The translations under genes and the position numbers were made by a program. Shown in pieces: positions 39,498 through 52,599 of a stretch of 64,000 nucleotides of DNA. The notes under the pieces are model-generated. The model saw only the letters and a program-made list of their open reading frames with translations, made no database searches and was not told the DNA's origin. The stretch is from Dicyema japonicum. Its lineage: Eukaryota > Animalia > Dicyemida. Every line of letters begins with the position of its first letter. The first letter of the stretch is position 1. The stretch covers positions 289,476 to 353,475 of the forward strand of contig RDEW01000013.1 in assembly GCA_011109175.1 (NCBI GenBank). Reading direction: 5' to 3'.

Positions 39498-41176
39498 TAT
39501 TAATAGAAGTTTGCCTTATTTAACCAACTGCTCCACCTGGTCACCACATGGATTTACATTCATATACAGGGTTAGATATTTGTCTTCTCCACTTTGCTTA
39601 TCATGCTTTCTTGGCAACCAAAGGCTCCTCTCTTGTCCGTGTCCACCTCCGAGGTATGCACAGAACCAAATACGTCTGTCAGATCTTCGGGAGAGTCCGC
39701 TCTTGGCAGTGACGTTCTTGTTAACCACCGGTTTTATCACTCGAAGGGACTGCGGGTAAATAAATAACTGCCCCATCTAGTTACTGCGGACTCAGAAGGA
39801 CAATTTTTTAAATAATATACGTCGTTAGTTTTTTGACCAAAAATGTATTGATTAACTCAACAACCTCAGGATATTTCACTTTATTCAAGATAGCACAACA
39901 GTGTAACAAATGAAACATTTAACTTAAGATTTGAATACGATTGTTTTATTGTTTCTCCTACGGAAATCATATAAGGAGCATCATCTGAAATGACTAAATA
40001 TACATTAACATCATAATAATTTGGTATAACGGAATTAGATGATTTCAATTGGAATACATTTAATTGAAAATTTTGAGGATTCTTTAATGTTCCAACGAGA
40101 CAATTTATATATTTTTCTCTACCTACGTCAGCTTAGTCATTAAAATAATGTCCTCATTTTAAATTGTTTCAATAATTTTTGAAACAAGAAACTTTAGAAT
40201 GCCATTTGTTTTAGAAGGAACAGATTGACCATATTAGTAAAACAAAGTTTATGATTAATGGATTTGTAGCTTATAAAGCGTTATGTTTGCAGATAAAAAT
40301 GCCTCTGGAAGATAATCAGCAAAACAATCAGTATTTTCAATATAATGTTGCAATATATTGTCGTATTTGGAATTTTTGCAATTTTTTGAGCTTGCCTGTG
40401 CTTTTCGATTAATCATTTCTTCCTAGAAGTTACACTTTCCGTTCAATAAAAATTCTTTCGGATATTTATTAACAACAAAAGAAACTCCTAGCATCGGAAA
40501 TTTCTTTTTTCGATATAACGACAGCAATAAATGACAATCTGATTCCATAGACGACCCTGGAATTCCAAAGTCGAAAGCGCAAGGAACCAGACGTCTCAAC
40601 TGCAAGCAGGTCACTATTTTTACAGTCAAATTAAACAAATAACAATAGCTGATTTTATTGACTTTCGGTTGCCCTATTATTATGGCACTTTCACGAAAGC
40701 CATAATGTTTATAGCCCCGCATATGCAACACTCAAAAAACAATATTTATAGTTCGTCTTTTCCATTTTTGGTGAGGTGGTGACGTGCCTCGTTTCTTCTC
40801 TGTACAACAGTTAAGAAAAATGTCTGAAAAACACTCATTATACAATCGAGAACTCAGGCTAATGACGGTTGCCCTAATCATTAATTAAAAAAATTAAAAT
40901 TTTGACCTCTTCTAACTTGGAGCCTGTTTTAAAGATCTCCCGGCCTTATTATCACTAAGATTATTTTTACTTCATTTTGGACAACGAATAGAAAACTTCC
41001 TAAAAATCAACAACAGGCAAACACAAATTTGATAATTTAGAAATTGTTCAATTAAAAATTCAGGTTCTCTTTTTTTTGTATGAATGGCTTAACGTCAGTT
41101 TGATATCAACCAAAAGATTTCCTGAGAGGAAAATCCCTGCGAGGTAGATAAAAAGGGTCCCTTACTTGCTATAAAA

Positions 41177-41468
41177 ATGGCATCCGATTTTCGAAGAAAT
41201 AACCCTAACCCTTTTAATGACTTTAAGGGACTTGTGAGAGAGTCCTACACTCCTAGCAGATTCTATCAAACCCATTTGCAGGAAATTTTTGGCGTTTTTG
41301 GTAAGTTTTTTGACATGTTTTGCTGATTACTTTATTTTATAGTAAACATGATCCACATGCTTTACCTTCAAAAGATTTCTCCGTACTTCGAATTACTAGC
41401 TTTCCAACAGCTTTCGCACAAGACAGTCTACCACAACTATCTTAATTTAATTTCTGATGACCTATAAA
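41177..41468 (+). CDS. Putative small spliced gene of unknown function
   Basis: ATG-initiated exon MASDFRRNNP...GVF, GTAAG donor at 41301, acceptor at 41342 and an in-frame second exon. No recognisable domain. Confidence 0.3.
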
Positions 41469-42359
41469 GAACTTTTTTGGTTTCGGTTGACGTATATAAA
41501 AATCGTTTGATTTAACAGAGCATCAAGTACGCTTAAGTGGGATGAATAGCTCCGTGAAGGTAATTCAGGACCAATGCCGTGAAGGTCGTCCTATACCAGA
41601 AACGGACACCATTTATCTATTACGAAAGACGGTTACTCAATCATTGATTACCTTGGAACGGCAGCGATATCTCCTTAAAATGACCAAGTTACTAGAGCTC
41701 CACTTAGACCGGAGGTCAGATCATATTTGGAGTCCTTTAAGGATGAGAAAAATTTCCATTTTATGTTGATTAATCCAGAATTTCATGACAAATCGTAGGA
41801 GTTAGCTAGGATCGGGATTACCTAATTAGAAATAACTCTTGTCTTCTTTCTCGTGGTTCCAGAGATTAGTAAATTAAAGAATTAATTGTCTCAACAATCT
41901 TGAATAATTCGTGGCGCAAAGACTCAGTGAACAAATGAAGGCTATGCAGTTAGTCTTCCCACACAAAAGTCTAGATCTGAACCATCACGAATAAGGAAAA
42001 ACAATTTTATTAGTAGAAGTTGTGTTATGATTAGACGTCATTAATGTAATCGTCAGGATTCTTCCGATGTGTCCTCTCAAATTCAGCATCGGCCCATTTT
42101 AAGATAAGATAAGTTAGTGTTAAGGCTAAAATATATTATATCATTTACGTGTGGCGAATGGTATGAAACTCCGCTTGAATCGATAAAGAAGCTTGGGTAT
42201 TCCGTTAGTAAAGTAACCAGCGAATGACTTTTGTGCGAATGGAGATATTGTAAATTCGAAGACTCCTCTAACATGGGCTAATCGACCAAATTCTTTTCCC
42301 ATTTAATACCAAAAACACAGTAAGGACTTAATTTATTTAAATTAATTTATTTTTAAAAA

Positions 42360-42640
42360 TAATTTTTGTTTTACAAAAAATTTTATTTATTTAGAACAAA
42401 ATGGTTCCCGCCGACATATCGATGTTACTCTGCCTCTTATGATAAACTGGAGAAGTCACTTGGTCTCATATGTTTCGTGGCAGTTCTTGAACGAAGCAAT
42501 TTCCCACATATTTCTTATGTTGTCTCAACTACGATGGGCTGGAACCTGAACCTGTCTAACATCAGTATCGTCGTCAAGGTGGGTCCCGACGCTTCGAATC
42601 GGAAGGGAATTTTACACAAATCATTTTTTGAGAAATTTTA
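42360..42640 (-). mobile_element. Internally deleted CRE 3' remnant
   Basis: Shares the 3' terminal sequence with 33530-33600 (CATCGAT..ATGTCGGCGGG) and GTHLDD-like coding sequence. Confidence 0.6.
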
Positions 42641-43525
42641 ATAAATATTATAAAAATCTGGCTTCTCTAAAGGGTAGGACATTTTACTTACCAGGTTAGG
42701 ATGTCTTACTATAGCAACTGGTCCTAGGCTCGAATTGGCCCACTGGCTACTTGATCAAAGGCTTCTCTCAATTTCCTCTATTCCTTATTTTCTCTTGTTC
42801 AACTAAAAATAAATTTGAAGTGAAACAACAAAAATAATAAAAATGGTGTCAGTTTTTTGCTGACACAATCTACTACGGACAAAATAAATGACCAGATCCG
42901 AATGCCATTCGACTAAGGACCTCAATCTTTGAAAGGAACAAAAAGTGGATGAAGATACGCTTGTCTCGAAACAAAAAATTTAAATTTCAAGGGATAATCT
43001 CGTTTTGTGGATTTTATATGACTTTAGTGATGGAATTGCTTCAATAATGTTCTATTATTGGGTATTAAGTCACTTCAGAAAAATGAATTAATATAATTTT
43101 TTGATAACAGTATTATTTAATGTAATTCCAGAAATAATAAAAATAAACTTTAATTAACTTAACGAAAATCATTTCTCGATTATTGGTTGTTTAATAAACA
43201 TTGTTATAACACTTTTCCAGGACAGAGTAAAACGTATACTTCCCCTCTCCTTTCCAAGTATCCACATTGTGGGAAAATCTTTAGTAGTCAAGAGAGGAAT
43301 CTTTTTTGGATTCCGAACAGACACTGGGCGTTTCCCTAGTCAGGTGGATCCCACGACGTCTCTTGGGACTGAAGAAATAAAACGAAAGGGATCCTTTGAC
43401 CAATTAGGTAGCTATGTGGAGATCGAACCCACAAATAACCTGGTCTTTAGCACTTTAGTAGTTATCCAAACAAGAGAGATCCTTAGATTAAAATAATAAT
43501 CACAAAATGCTAATAAATTAATCAT

Positions 43526-44273
43526 TTATTCTTTACGCTGTGACACAAAATCGTCATAGGGAATAGAATCAACTTCCAGGACAGAATGGTTCTCCAATAA
43601 ATGATGATTTGCCCTAATCTTCTTGTATTTGGACCTCCTCATTCTGTTCTGCATACTTTCCTTAATAAATGTGTGCCATTGTCCATATGGTTCGTCCACT
43701 GGGAGACTTCTTGGCTCACCTTTAATCCCAGGCCGGTAGATGGGCTCAAAAGATCTAGGTTCCTTCAAAACAAGTCCTCCTCTTTTCAATTCTGTCAGGA
43801 ACACAGATTTCTAAAACATGAATATTCCTAGGCCTACTTTCTGTGAATCGCGACGTATGGGCACGTGTGCACAGAAAATGCCACTCTGGAGACACCTCAT
43901 AGCCAAGATCCTTGCAATAACAGCGACAGCGTAAGTATTTGTGCGACTTTTCGTTAGGAATTAAAATCACACGTGTTTAATTGCAGATTTATAGCATTTT
44001 CTTCCGTGGAAGCAGAGATGATGCATTCCTTGTTGTGAATGACCCTTCCAACTGTGTTATATCGAGTGCAGCTCAGTTCAACTCTGTGACGATTAATACT
44101 AGGAAGAACCGATGCCAGTAGCCTCTGCCATCTGCCTGAAGAATCCAACCCATTGGTTTCGCGGCAATTCCTATCATTTCTAAATTTCTGGTAACTGAAC
44201 AAGTAATATATTACCTAGGATTGTTGTTTGTTATGCTTTTGGCATAGTTTGAATATGCTCTTAAAAATAACAT
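43526..44273 (-). CDS. MRPL18: Mitochondrial ribosomal protein uL18m, 5 exons
   Basis: Spliced NNNPR|NLEMIGIAAKPMGW...YWHR|VEL...ISASTEENAI...IARILAMRCLQSGI...GGLVLKEP. Introns of 27, 26, 26 and 27 nt. Confidence 0.85.
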
Positions 44274-44392
44274 CTCAGAACACAGCAAATCTCGTTTTAA
44301 ATTAATTTTATTTAAAAATTATTATATTATTAATTTAGTGAAGTTATAAAGAGCATTGAACAGTTTATTATTCAAAATATTTAAAAGCTGTT

Positions 44393-47181
44393 GAGAGAGT
44401 TTTAAAAAATTTTAAAAAATTTTGTGTTGTGGTGTTGTGTTGTCGACGTGGTTGTTACGAAAAATACTAAGCAGATCCTGATGAAGCTCTGAAACTGATC
44501 TCTCGAACGCGCTCGGACGTGACCATTCATGTGAAGATTCCCAAAGGTGCGAGAACTGCTGTTGCCGAGGCTCTGATCTCCACCATCAAGGATGTTTTGA
44601 AGCCTGACGCCGTTTCTTCGGAATGGGTCAAATTTTTCCTTTTCCCGTCACTCACTCTTGGGATCAGAAGACCAACGGAAGCATCCACTTCTCTCGCAAC
44701 GAATATCAAAAAGAGAGTTAGACTGTTTCTAAATGAACATAAAATGTCACTTACTGCTTTAAAATCAACTCAAATTGCACCCCGGAGTTCAAAGCGTCCG
44801 AAAACGGAGGAACTTCGCTCAATAAAGAAACTAATCAGGGTGAAACTTATGGAAGGCGATATTCGTGGTGCTGTACGGCTATTAGTTTGTGATCCTGGGA
44901 CACTTAAAAACACCCCTGAAACGCTCATGTCTTTACGAGAAAAACACCCCGGATCCCCCGAAGACTTGAGAACTATAAAACCTTTCCACGAGGAACAATT
45001 GCTCGCCTCTAACGAAGATATAATCACCTCCCTGCGTTCATTTCGTCCTAGTAGTGGAGGTGGTATCGATGGCTTGAGACCCGGTCACCTACGTGATCTC
45101 ACAGCTCCAATGATGGGATCTGTCGGAAAGGATCTTTCGAATGTTATTTGCGAACTGATCAACAAAATTCTTTCTGGATGTTTGTCTCCTTTCGGTCGAG
45201 ATATGTTATTTTCTGCTAATCTTGTTGCTCCCCGAAAGCCTGACGGCGGTGTCAGACCGATTGCTATTGGAAACGTGTTCAGGAGACTTGCAGCTAAAGT
45301 CGCTTGCTTTTCTGGGGTTCAAAGATTACTTCCTAGTTTTCAGTCCTATACAGATGGGCGTTGGAGTTCGTGGCGGTGCAGAGGCTTGTGTCCACGCAGT
45401 GAGGAGTTTTTTCACGTCGTCGTCCGAATGCAAAGAGGACGTTGTTGTCTGCAAAGTAGATCTTAAGAACGCATTTAATTCCATAAGGAGAGATCATTTA
45501 TTGGAGTTATGCCAAAAAAATTTACCACATATTTGGGAGATTGTTCGCCTTTCATATTCTAATCCATCATCATTGGTTTTCCACGATGCCATCATTAAAT
45601 CACGAACTGGTGTTCAACAAGGCGACCCACTTGGACCTCTTCTCTTTGCTTTGGGGATCCATGGAGTAGCCGCATGCTTAAAATCACCTTTAAATTTATG
45701 GTATTTGGATGACGGAATCATTGGTGGACATCCAGATACAGTTTTGGAGGACGTGCGTCGTTTGATATCTGAATTCGAAGCGATTGGCCTTTCTGTCAAC
45801 AAGGCCAAATGTGAATTAATCAAGATCAATTTGAGTCCCGATCTGACTACTTTCTACAATGACCAGTTTAAATACACTCTCGAAAATTATGCATCGGTTC
45901 CAGTTGGGGAGTCTCTGTTCCTTGGTTCTCCTATATTCGAAGACCAAATTGTGGACGTGTTTAAAGAAAGGACAATAGAGCTCGGTACTTTTGAGACCCG
46001 TTTGCGGCATGTTGACAACCATATTGCCCTCTTCCTATTGAGAAACTGCTTGTCCATTCCAAGATTAAACTATTTACTAAGGACTGCACCATGTTATAAG
46101 TGTGATTCCCTTTTAATGGAATACTCTGATTGCCTCAAAAGATGTACTGAATTCGTACTTAACGTTTCTCTTGACACCCCTGGATGGATACAGACTCAAT
46201 TACCGATATCATTGGGTGGAATCGGTCTTACTACTCCCTGCCAAATTGCTGGCCCGGCGTATTTTGCCTCAAAACTTTCATGCAAAAACCAAGTGGACTC
46301 AATTCTTTCAAAGCTTCCATCTCGGAAACTGTCCAATGACTTGGTTGAATACATGGACGTGTGGCGGAGTGAAGGGCTTAGCGAGCCGCGTAATCCAGAC
46401 CAACAATCGTCTTGGATGATCCATAGATGGAATGCTCTGGCATCCAACCTAGTCAGCCGGCTCTCTGGACATCGCCTGGATTGTTTCCAAAATTCGAGGG
46501 AGGCGGTTGATGGATCTTGGCTTGGGGTTTACCCATGTCAAGAAGTTGGTGGATTGTTGGATGATGACTCACTTCGTACAGCTGTATGTCTACACCTCGG
46601 ATTGCCTGTTTGCACCAAATCGAAGTGCAAATGTGGCTGTCTATCGGACGAACTGGGTCTCCACCTCCTCTCATGCCGGAGCGGAATTGGCAGATCTTCT
46701 CGACATTCGGCAATGAACGGCATCATTAAGAGGGCATTAGAATCGGCTGGATTCCGTTGCCGGATCGAACCGACTGGTCTATTTGACAACGGAAGACGCC
46801 CTGACGGCATGACCTCCTTTCCTTTTGAGCGAGGGCGAAACCTTGTATGGGATGTGACCTGTGTCTGCTCTTTCGCCCCAAGCAAAAAAAATAATTCACC
46901 GGGCAGACCTTCTTCTCAAGCAGAGGAAGTAAAAAACGCTACATATTCGGATATCAGCGACAGGTACATTTTCGCACCTGTCGCGATTGAAACTTCGGGG
47001 AACTTTGGCCCTAAAACGCTGAAGTTCCTGAACCATTTGGGAAAACTACTAACTGACAAAACTGGTGATCTTCGTGAGACGAGATGGCTCAAGGAGAGGC
47101 TCTCGTCGGCTGTTGTCCGTGGCAATAGCTTGTGCATCTCCCAACAGCTGAATTAAAATTAACTATTCTTTTTCCAATAAA
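44393..47181 (+). mobile_element. CRE-clade RLE retrotransposon without PHD, nearly intact
   Basis: Two overlapping ORFs (315 and 644 aa) with RT (DLKNAFN, GVQQGDPLGP, WYLDD), CKCG/HLLSC/RH, RPDG...WD and VRGNSLCI*. Probable TSD ATTTAAA(A)GCTGTT at 44379-44392 and 47182-47194. Confidence 0.92.
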
Positions 47182-50100
47182 ATTTAAAGCTGTTAGTTTA
47201 TCAGTAAACTGCTCGGAAGACTTTTTCGACAAACTATCGCATCACTGCGTAGTACTTTTAGCCGCGTAGAGATTCGCGCTTTCCGAGACGAGACTCGAAA
47301 AACTCAACACGATTAAGATAGCCGAAGGGACACCAGATGTAAAGAACTTACTATTGAAATATATTATGGTCTTAGACCACCTGTTCCAATCTAGCTATCA
47401 CTCGTTAAGGTATTTTCTCTTAAATTAGTACTTATTTCTTTTTGAATGAGCCCCATTTCGGTTTAGTGTTTGAAAATTGTTGACCTCCATTTGTTAATAA
47501 AACTAGGGTAACTGAAGTAATTGTTAGAAAGGTTTAGTTGGACACATATAGCGTATATCTGACTTCTCGTTCCCTTTATTCTCAACACCTGTTCCCAAAT
47601 TCCCGTTATTTGAAGGAGATAATTTGGTATAATCAAGGATTGGAAATGAATTATTTTCAAATTGAAGTCACTTTGTTAGTCTTTCTACTCTCTCCCTAAT
47701 ACAATTCACGATAAATCGTGTGACTCTAAATAAAAAACTCAGAAAATGCAGACCACCTAGATGTCCTCCAAAAAATCGCCTTCTCAAGGAGAGCGTGGAG
47801 AAATCTAGCATGGAAGATTGTCCACGGTGTTGCTGAAGTGATGAGGAGATAGCTTTCTTTTAGTCGCGTTTTGCAAAATAATAATAATTTGTTGGTCTTT
47901 GATCTCCCTAACGTTTTTATACTAAAAGTATTACAAAGAACAAAGCGTTTTAATCCTAACCATCTCATTAGAGTAACTTATATGTATGACACCATACATA
48001 TAATAATTAGTAATCGGGGGACGTAAATACCCTAGATCCACCAGACAGTGGAAGTCTTCTTCAAATAAATTGAGAATAGTATTAGTATAAAGTGCAGATA
48101 ACTCTCTATGTAATGAAGAGATGGATCCTTTTGAATACCAGTTTGCCATTGAGAGTTTCTTACTAAGGTGGATCCATTGACTCTACTAAAAAAGATAAAC
48201 CTTCAATCAAGTGCCTAAGATATGGCACAATGATCTATGTTCCCTGAGCGATCTTTTCGACCGCATAGGTTTTTCGTCCTTCAGTAAATTCTTATAAATA
48301 TAACAAATAATTTATAATTCATAAAACAACGAATCAAGAATTATGAAAATCTGCCGAATTCTGTTCACAAAAATAAGCGTTTCTCATAAAATATTCAAAC
48401 AAATCGCAGTCAATTGGTAATCTTAATTAGAAAATAAAAATACATGGATTTTGGAAACAGAATATACTCAGATTATTTTTATGTAAATGACGGTTCAGCT
48501 CATAGTTTAGCCGCAAATTCATAATGTCCATAGGACTATGTAAATAATTTGGAATCAAGTCGTGTATTTGCCCTTGGAATTATAAATAAAAAGCACATAG
48601 AGTATGAGGAAAAGTAATTTCTGTCCATTCACTATTCTTTGGTTCAGTTACAGCCTAGAAGAATGATTATAAAAAGTCAAATATGAAAAGATCTCTTACC
48701 AACTTTGGTTTCATATTTCACAATATGTAATTATTTGTGTAATCGATACTCGCTATTTATTTTTGTTTTAAATAATTATTTATTTTTAGTTAATTTATTA
48801 AATTTTAATTTAGTTAACAAAAAGCCGAGTATTCCGTCAGTTTCCTCTATTCGGCAGGCACGATTCAGAGACCCTCGAGAATGGAGATATTTTTCACGCC
48901 ATCGTCCGAGGTAATGTCGACTTTTTCGTGGCAGATGGAACATGATTTGTTATGTCTGTGTTTGAATAAAATATCCATAAAAGTTTGCATTTAATAACTA
49001 AATTTAAAGATAATTTAAAGTATAATTATTGAGACTATAATAAATGGTAAATAATATAAATCATTTCCCCACAAAAATTCAGATGCCTCCCGTTTCGAAT
49101 CTCGCTGCTATCCATTCCGTCTTAAAGTTTCACGAACTCAAAATCCTTCCTGGCTAAACGAGTAAGTGATACATCGCTATGCTAAGATGTCTTGACCTTT
49201 TGCTACGATTAGTTGGCAACTGTTTTTCACTCTAATGTCCTGCACGTCAGGATTTATAAGATTATGCGTCTCGTGAAAGTGTTATTATTATGGCCCACAT
49301 CATTAAGTTAAGAGAGATAATGTTCTCAGCTAGCGAAGTAATCCCAGACTGACAAGGGGAGGCTGATATCCGACGAAAATCCTGTAGTGCTTCGCTTATT
49401 AATCTTCAAAATTTGCATGATATCGGAGAACTATTGTATAGAGACAAATCTAGAAAGTTTGCCATCCATAAGAATTTTTATCGTTGTTCTAATAGAAGAT
49501 CTGCAAGAGCAAAGAAATTATGCAGATGACTCCTTGACGGGTTTCTAAAGACAGTGAATAAACATAACTAGACAAATGGTTTATAATATTATTTTAATAA
49601 CATCCAATGAATATAATAGACTTGATGTTATGTCCTGAATGAGTCAATGGACAATATATTCGCCGACTAGTAATGTTTACATTGCTCACTCAGCTTAGGC
49701 AGAACTCATACTTTATTTAATAAGTAAGGAACAGTCTAATTAGTCATATATACTTTTCGTAATGCTTTGTTAAGTTTCGCAATATTTAACAGTCTAAACC
49801 GGTTAGCAATAACTTTCGGCCATACGTTAAACGGTTAAATCGATTTTGCGCCTCGTTCTCAGCCTAACCTCACAATTATTAATATTTATCTCTAGGCGAT
49901 TATTTGATAAATATTCTTCATAAGGCATCTCAAACGGTTAAATCTTAATGACGGATTCCATAATTTTCTACCATGCGAACCAAAAATAATTATAAAAATA
50001 CTTTATCTCCTACTTTAAAGCCATATTTTGACTGATAAACATACATTTTTTATTTATCCTTTTGAAATAAGATGAGTTAAGGTCTGATGGACAGAATGTT

Positions 50101-50784
50101 ATGTCAAAGGTATTCGTAATTTCTAACATAGTTTTAAGGAAAATGTACACATTTGAATTATCTTCCAAGTCCATCTTTTCCGCTGATTGAAAAGAAACAT
50201 CAATCAAGCTCTCACTATATTTTAAACAACTTTATATTTGTTGAAATTACTGTATTTATCCATGAAACGCCTCGAATTTTATTGAATGGCGTTTCATTGG
50301 TTGAAGCGTTGTTGTATTGTACGTAAAAGTTATTTTATTTAAGAATTGCTTCCAATTCTTAGTAGCATTTTCTGTGATTGATTTAGATAGATTTCTCGTC
50401 AAAAATTTATTAAATCTTTCTATAAGTCACTAACACAATAGATGAATACTTGTGACTGTGGATGTTTGGCCTTCCTAAAATATGTGTATTTTATTCTCTA
50501 AACAAAAATTCCATTTTTTTCAAATTGGATATTTACTGTAAATATCAATTATTGTTAAATACATTTGTAGTTTTATCCTTGTCCAATAATGAAATCAAAA
50601 AATACGGTAAAATTAAATATTCTTTATCCGTTAAATGCGACAGCTGTCAAATGACAGGTGATGGTAACCGTTACAGCATGATAACCAGTCATACGAACTA
50701 TAATTTCATACGCGAAGCATTAAGGCATATCATCGTCCCTGATGACATTCGAAACTGAACATTTGTACATTCGATGACTCCTGA

Positions 50785-51170
50785 GTGTGCCATTTTATTC
50801 ACATAAGAATATTCGATAAGTGTGACTGTATACCATTAAGCCACGAGATGATTAGCTCTCGTTGGAGACTTTTTGGACACGTCCTGAGGTTGGACCCGAT
50901 ATCCCCTCCGAACATCGCAATGGAAGATTACTACTCCTCCAATGTAAAACGCTTTCGTGGAAGACCAAGAACTACCCTCCCGGTCGTTCTACAAAACAAT
51001 CTGAAAGGCGTGAAGAAAACATTGGCATCTAGTGACGATCTGGAGTCACTGAGGGACCTAGCGAAGAACAAAAGAGCTTGGAGCAACCTAACTAATTCTC
51101 TTATATTTTTTGCTGCACATGCTATAAATATTATGGCTCTCGTGAAAGTGCTAATAATAATATATTCGAC
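50785..51170 (+). mobile_element. RTE 3' fragment
   Basis: RWRLFGHVLR...FRGRPRTTLP and a GAAAGTGCTAATAATAAT terminus. Confidence 0.85.
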
Positions 51171-51429
51171 GTGAAACGATAAATGAAAGACATCATTTCA
51201 AAAATATCAATTAGACTAAAAGTCCAACCACCCCAAAGTAGCATATATATTATATTAACTATCATACTAAATGTATGCAAGACACAACAAATAATTCTTG
51301 TTCAAGTTGGCAGGATTTAAAGCATTTCCTATAACCAAACTAAGCGATTACCAAATTATTTCCAAGAGTTATTAAACTAACGAAATTGCAATTACATAAT
51401 AATCAATAAATTAACTTGATTACATAATA

Positions 51430-51590
51430 ATTGCTTGCCAGAAAGAAAAGGGATCAACGAGAAGGGTTATGGCTAAGACAAAAGATTGGAGTAGCCATAC
51501 TCCGAGGGAACTCGTTCGCAATCCACGCAGCAGGCTTCCTCAACTGACATTTGTTTAATTGTTAAAAAAAATTTTTGTTAAAAAAAATTA
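51430..51590 (+). mobile_element. Severely 5'-truncated CRE copy
   Basis: Encodes EGLWLRQKIGVAILRGNSFAIHAAGFLN*, homologous to the CRE C-terminus, followed by an A-rich tail. Confidence 0.75.
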
Positions 51591-51614
51591 ACTTAAAATA
51601 TAAATAAATCATAA

Positions 51615-52267
51615 TTATTTCATAATAAAATATTTGAATTCCTCTTTGAACTATGAGATAATAGAGAGGTAGCAAACCCTGTTCAGATTAAACTCAATTG
51701 ATGACTCTTCCAAAAGGATATTCTCAATAAGAGAATGAGTGTTAAATTCAAGAATTATTCTAGATTCACTACAATGGCATACCCATTGAAAATAAAAGAG
51801 TCTAAAAGTAGGACCACGTTAGTTATCCTGTTCAAAAGGGTTTCCTTGTGGACATCATTTTTTAGAATCTCCAATAAACCTCCAAAAAACGTCTCCATGG
51901 CATCGTATAGAAATAGCTACGTTACTGAATATTAAAATAATACCGAATTTTCGTTAATATCAGAGACTAAGGCGAAAAGGAGGTCATTTGAAGGCTTAAA
52001 GACCACAAAGTAATCGTCCTGGATCATTATTTCGGCTGAAATAAGAAAAAAATTAAATACGTCCAGCCAACTCATAATTATTTACAATATCCCTTTCAAA
52101 CCTCCGCTGTTCTTTCTCTGTTGGAAATATAGGAGAATAATACTGAAATTATCTATGGTATTTACTTTACACATGACTCTTTCATTTGAAGTCGAATCCA
52201 AAATCAAGAGTGCTTTAACAACATTTATTGTCGGCTCCTAAAAAAATAACAACATCACAACAACCAT
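51615..52267 (-). CDS. COPZ1: Coatomer subunit zeta, 7 exons
   Basis: M|EPTINVVKALLILDS...K|YYSPIFPTEKEQRRFE...ENS|LFL...KNDVHKETLLN...NG|IILE...|FKEEFKYFIMK*. Introns of 27, 23, 25, 27, 23 and 27 nt. Confidence 0.9.
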
Positions 52268-52599
52268 TACACGCAAATATAATTTAAAATATTATTTTAT
52301 ATATTAAATGTTTTGAAATTTAGTATTTTATAGTGATTCAGAGCCCTACTTCACCCAAAATTTCTTTGGCGTTTTTTCTCTTGCGGTTGTCATGGGTTGT
52401 TACATACGACTTACATACTGCCCATAACCAAATCTTCATGAGAATTCCACAAAAACATAATTAAATGCATACTCAGAGAACTAAGGTTAACTTCTCATAG
52501 GCAGTAAGGTCCACTTTCAAATATTTTATCTTAAAACGTTGGAAAACCGTGCTCAGAAAAGCACGATCTAGATGGAAGTTCTAATTATAAACGAAACTA

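Noticed and set aside
34260-39780. Host gene interrupted by the Tigger element
   Set aside because: Joining the flanks gives short open frames but no consistent splice model or recognisable protein.
44230-44250. In-frame TAA after ATG suggesting stop-codon reassignment
   Set aside because: A different frame and a 27-nt intron give a clean MRPL18 start, and other genes end in TAA or TAG.
44471-44502. CTGATGA...GAAA resembling a hammerhead ribozyme at a CRE 5' end
   Set aside because: No stem III or UH cleavage triplet can be formed, and the bases read as coding sequence (ADPDEALKL) homologous to the other CRE.
47460-48200. Possible DUF229/sulfatase-like gene
   Set aside because: The resemblance is limited to a few residues (PITNYY). 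An unknown spliced gene is possible but cannot be supported.
52238-52264. GT-rich tract similar to the CRE leaders
   Set aside because: It is the first 27-nt intron of COPZ.
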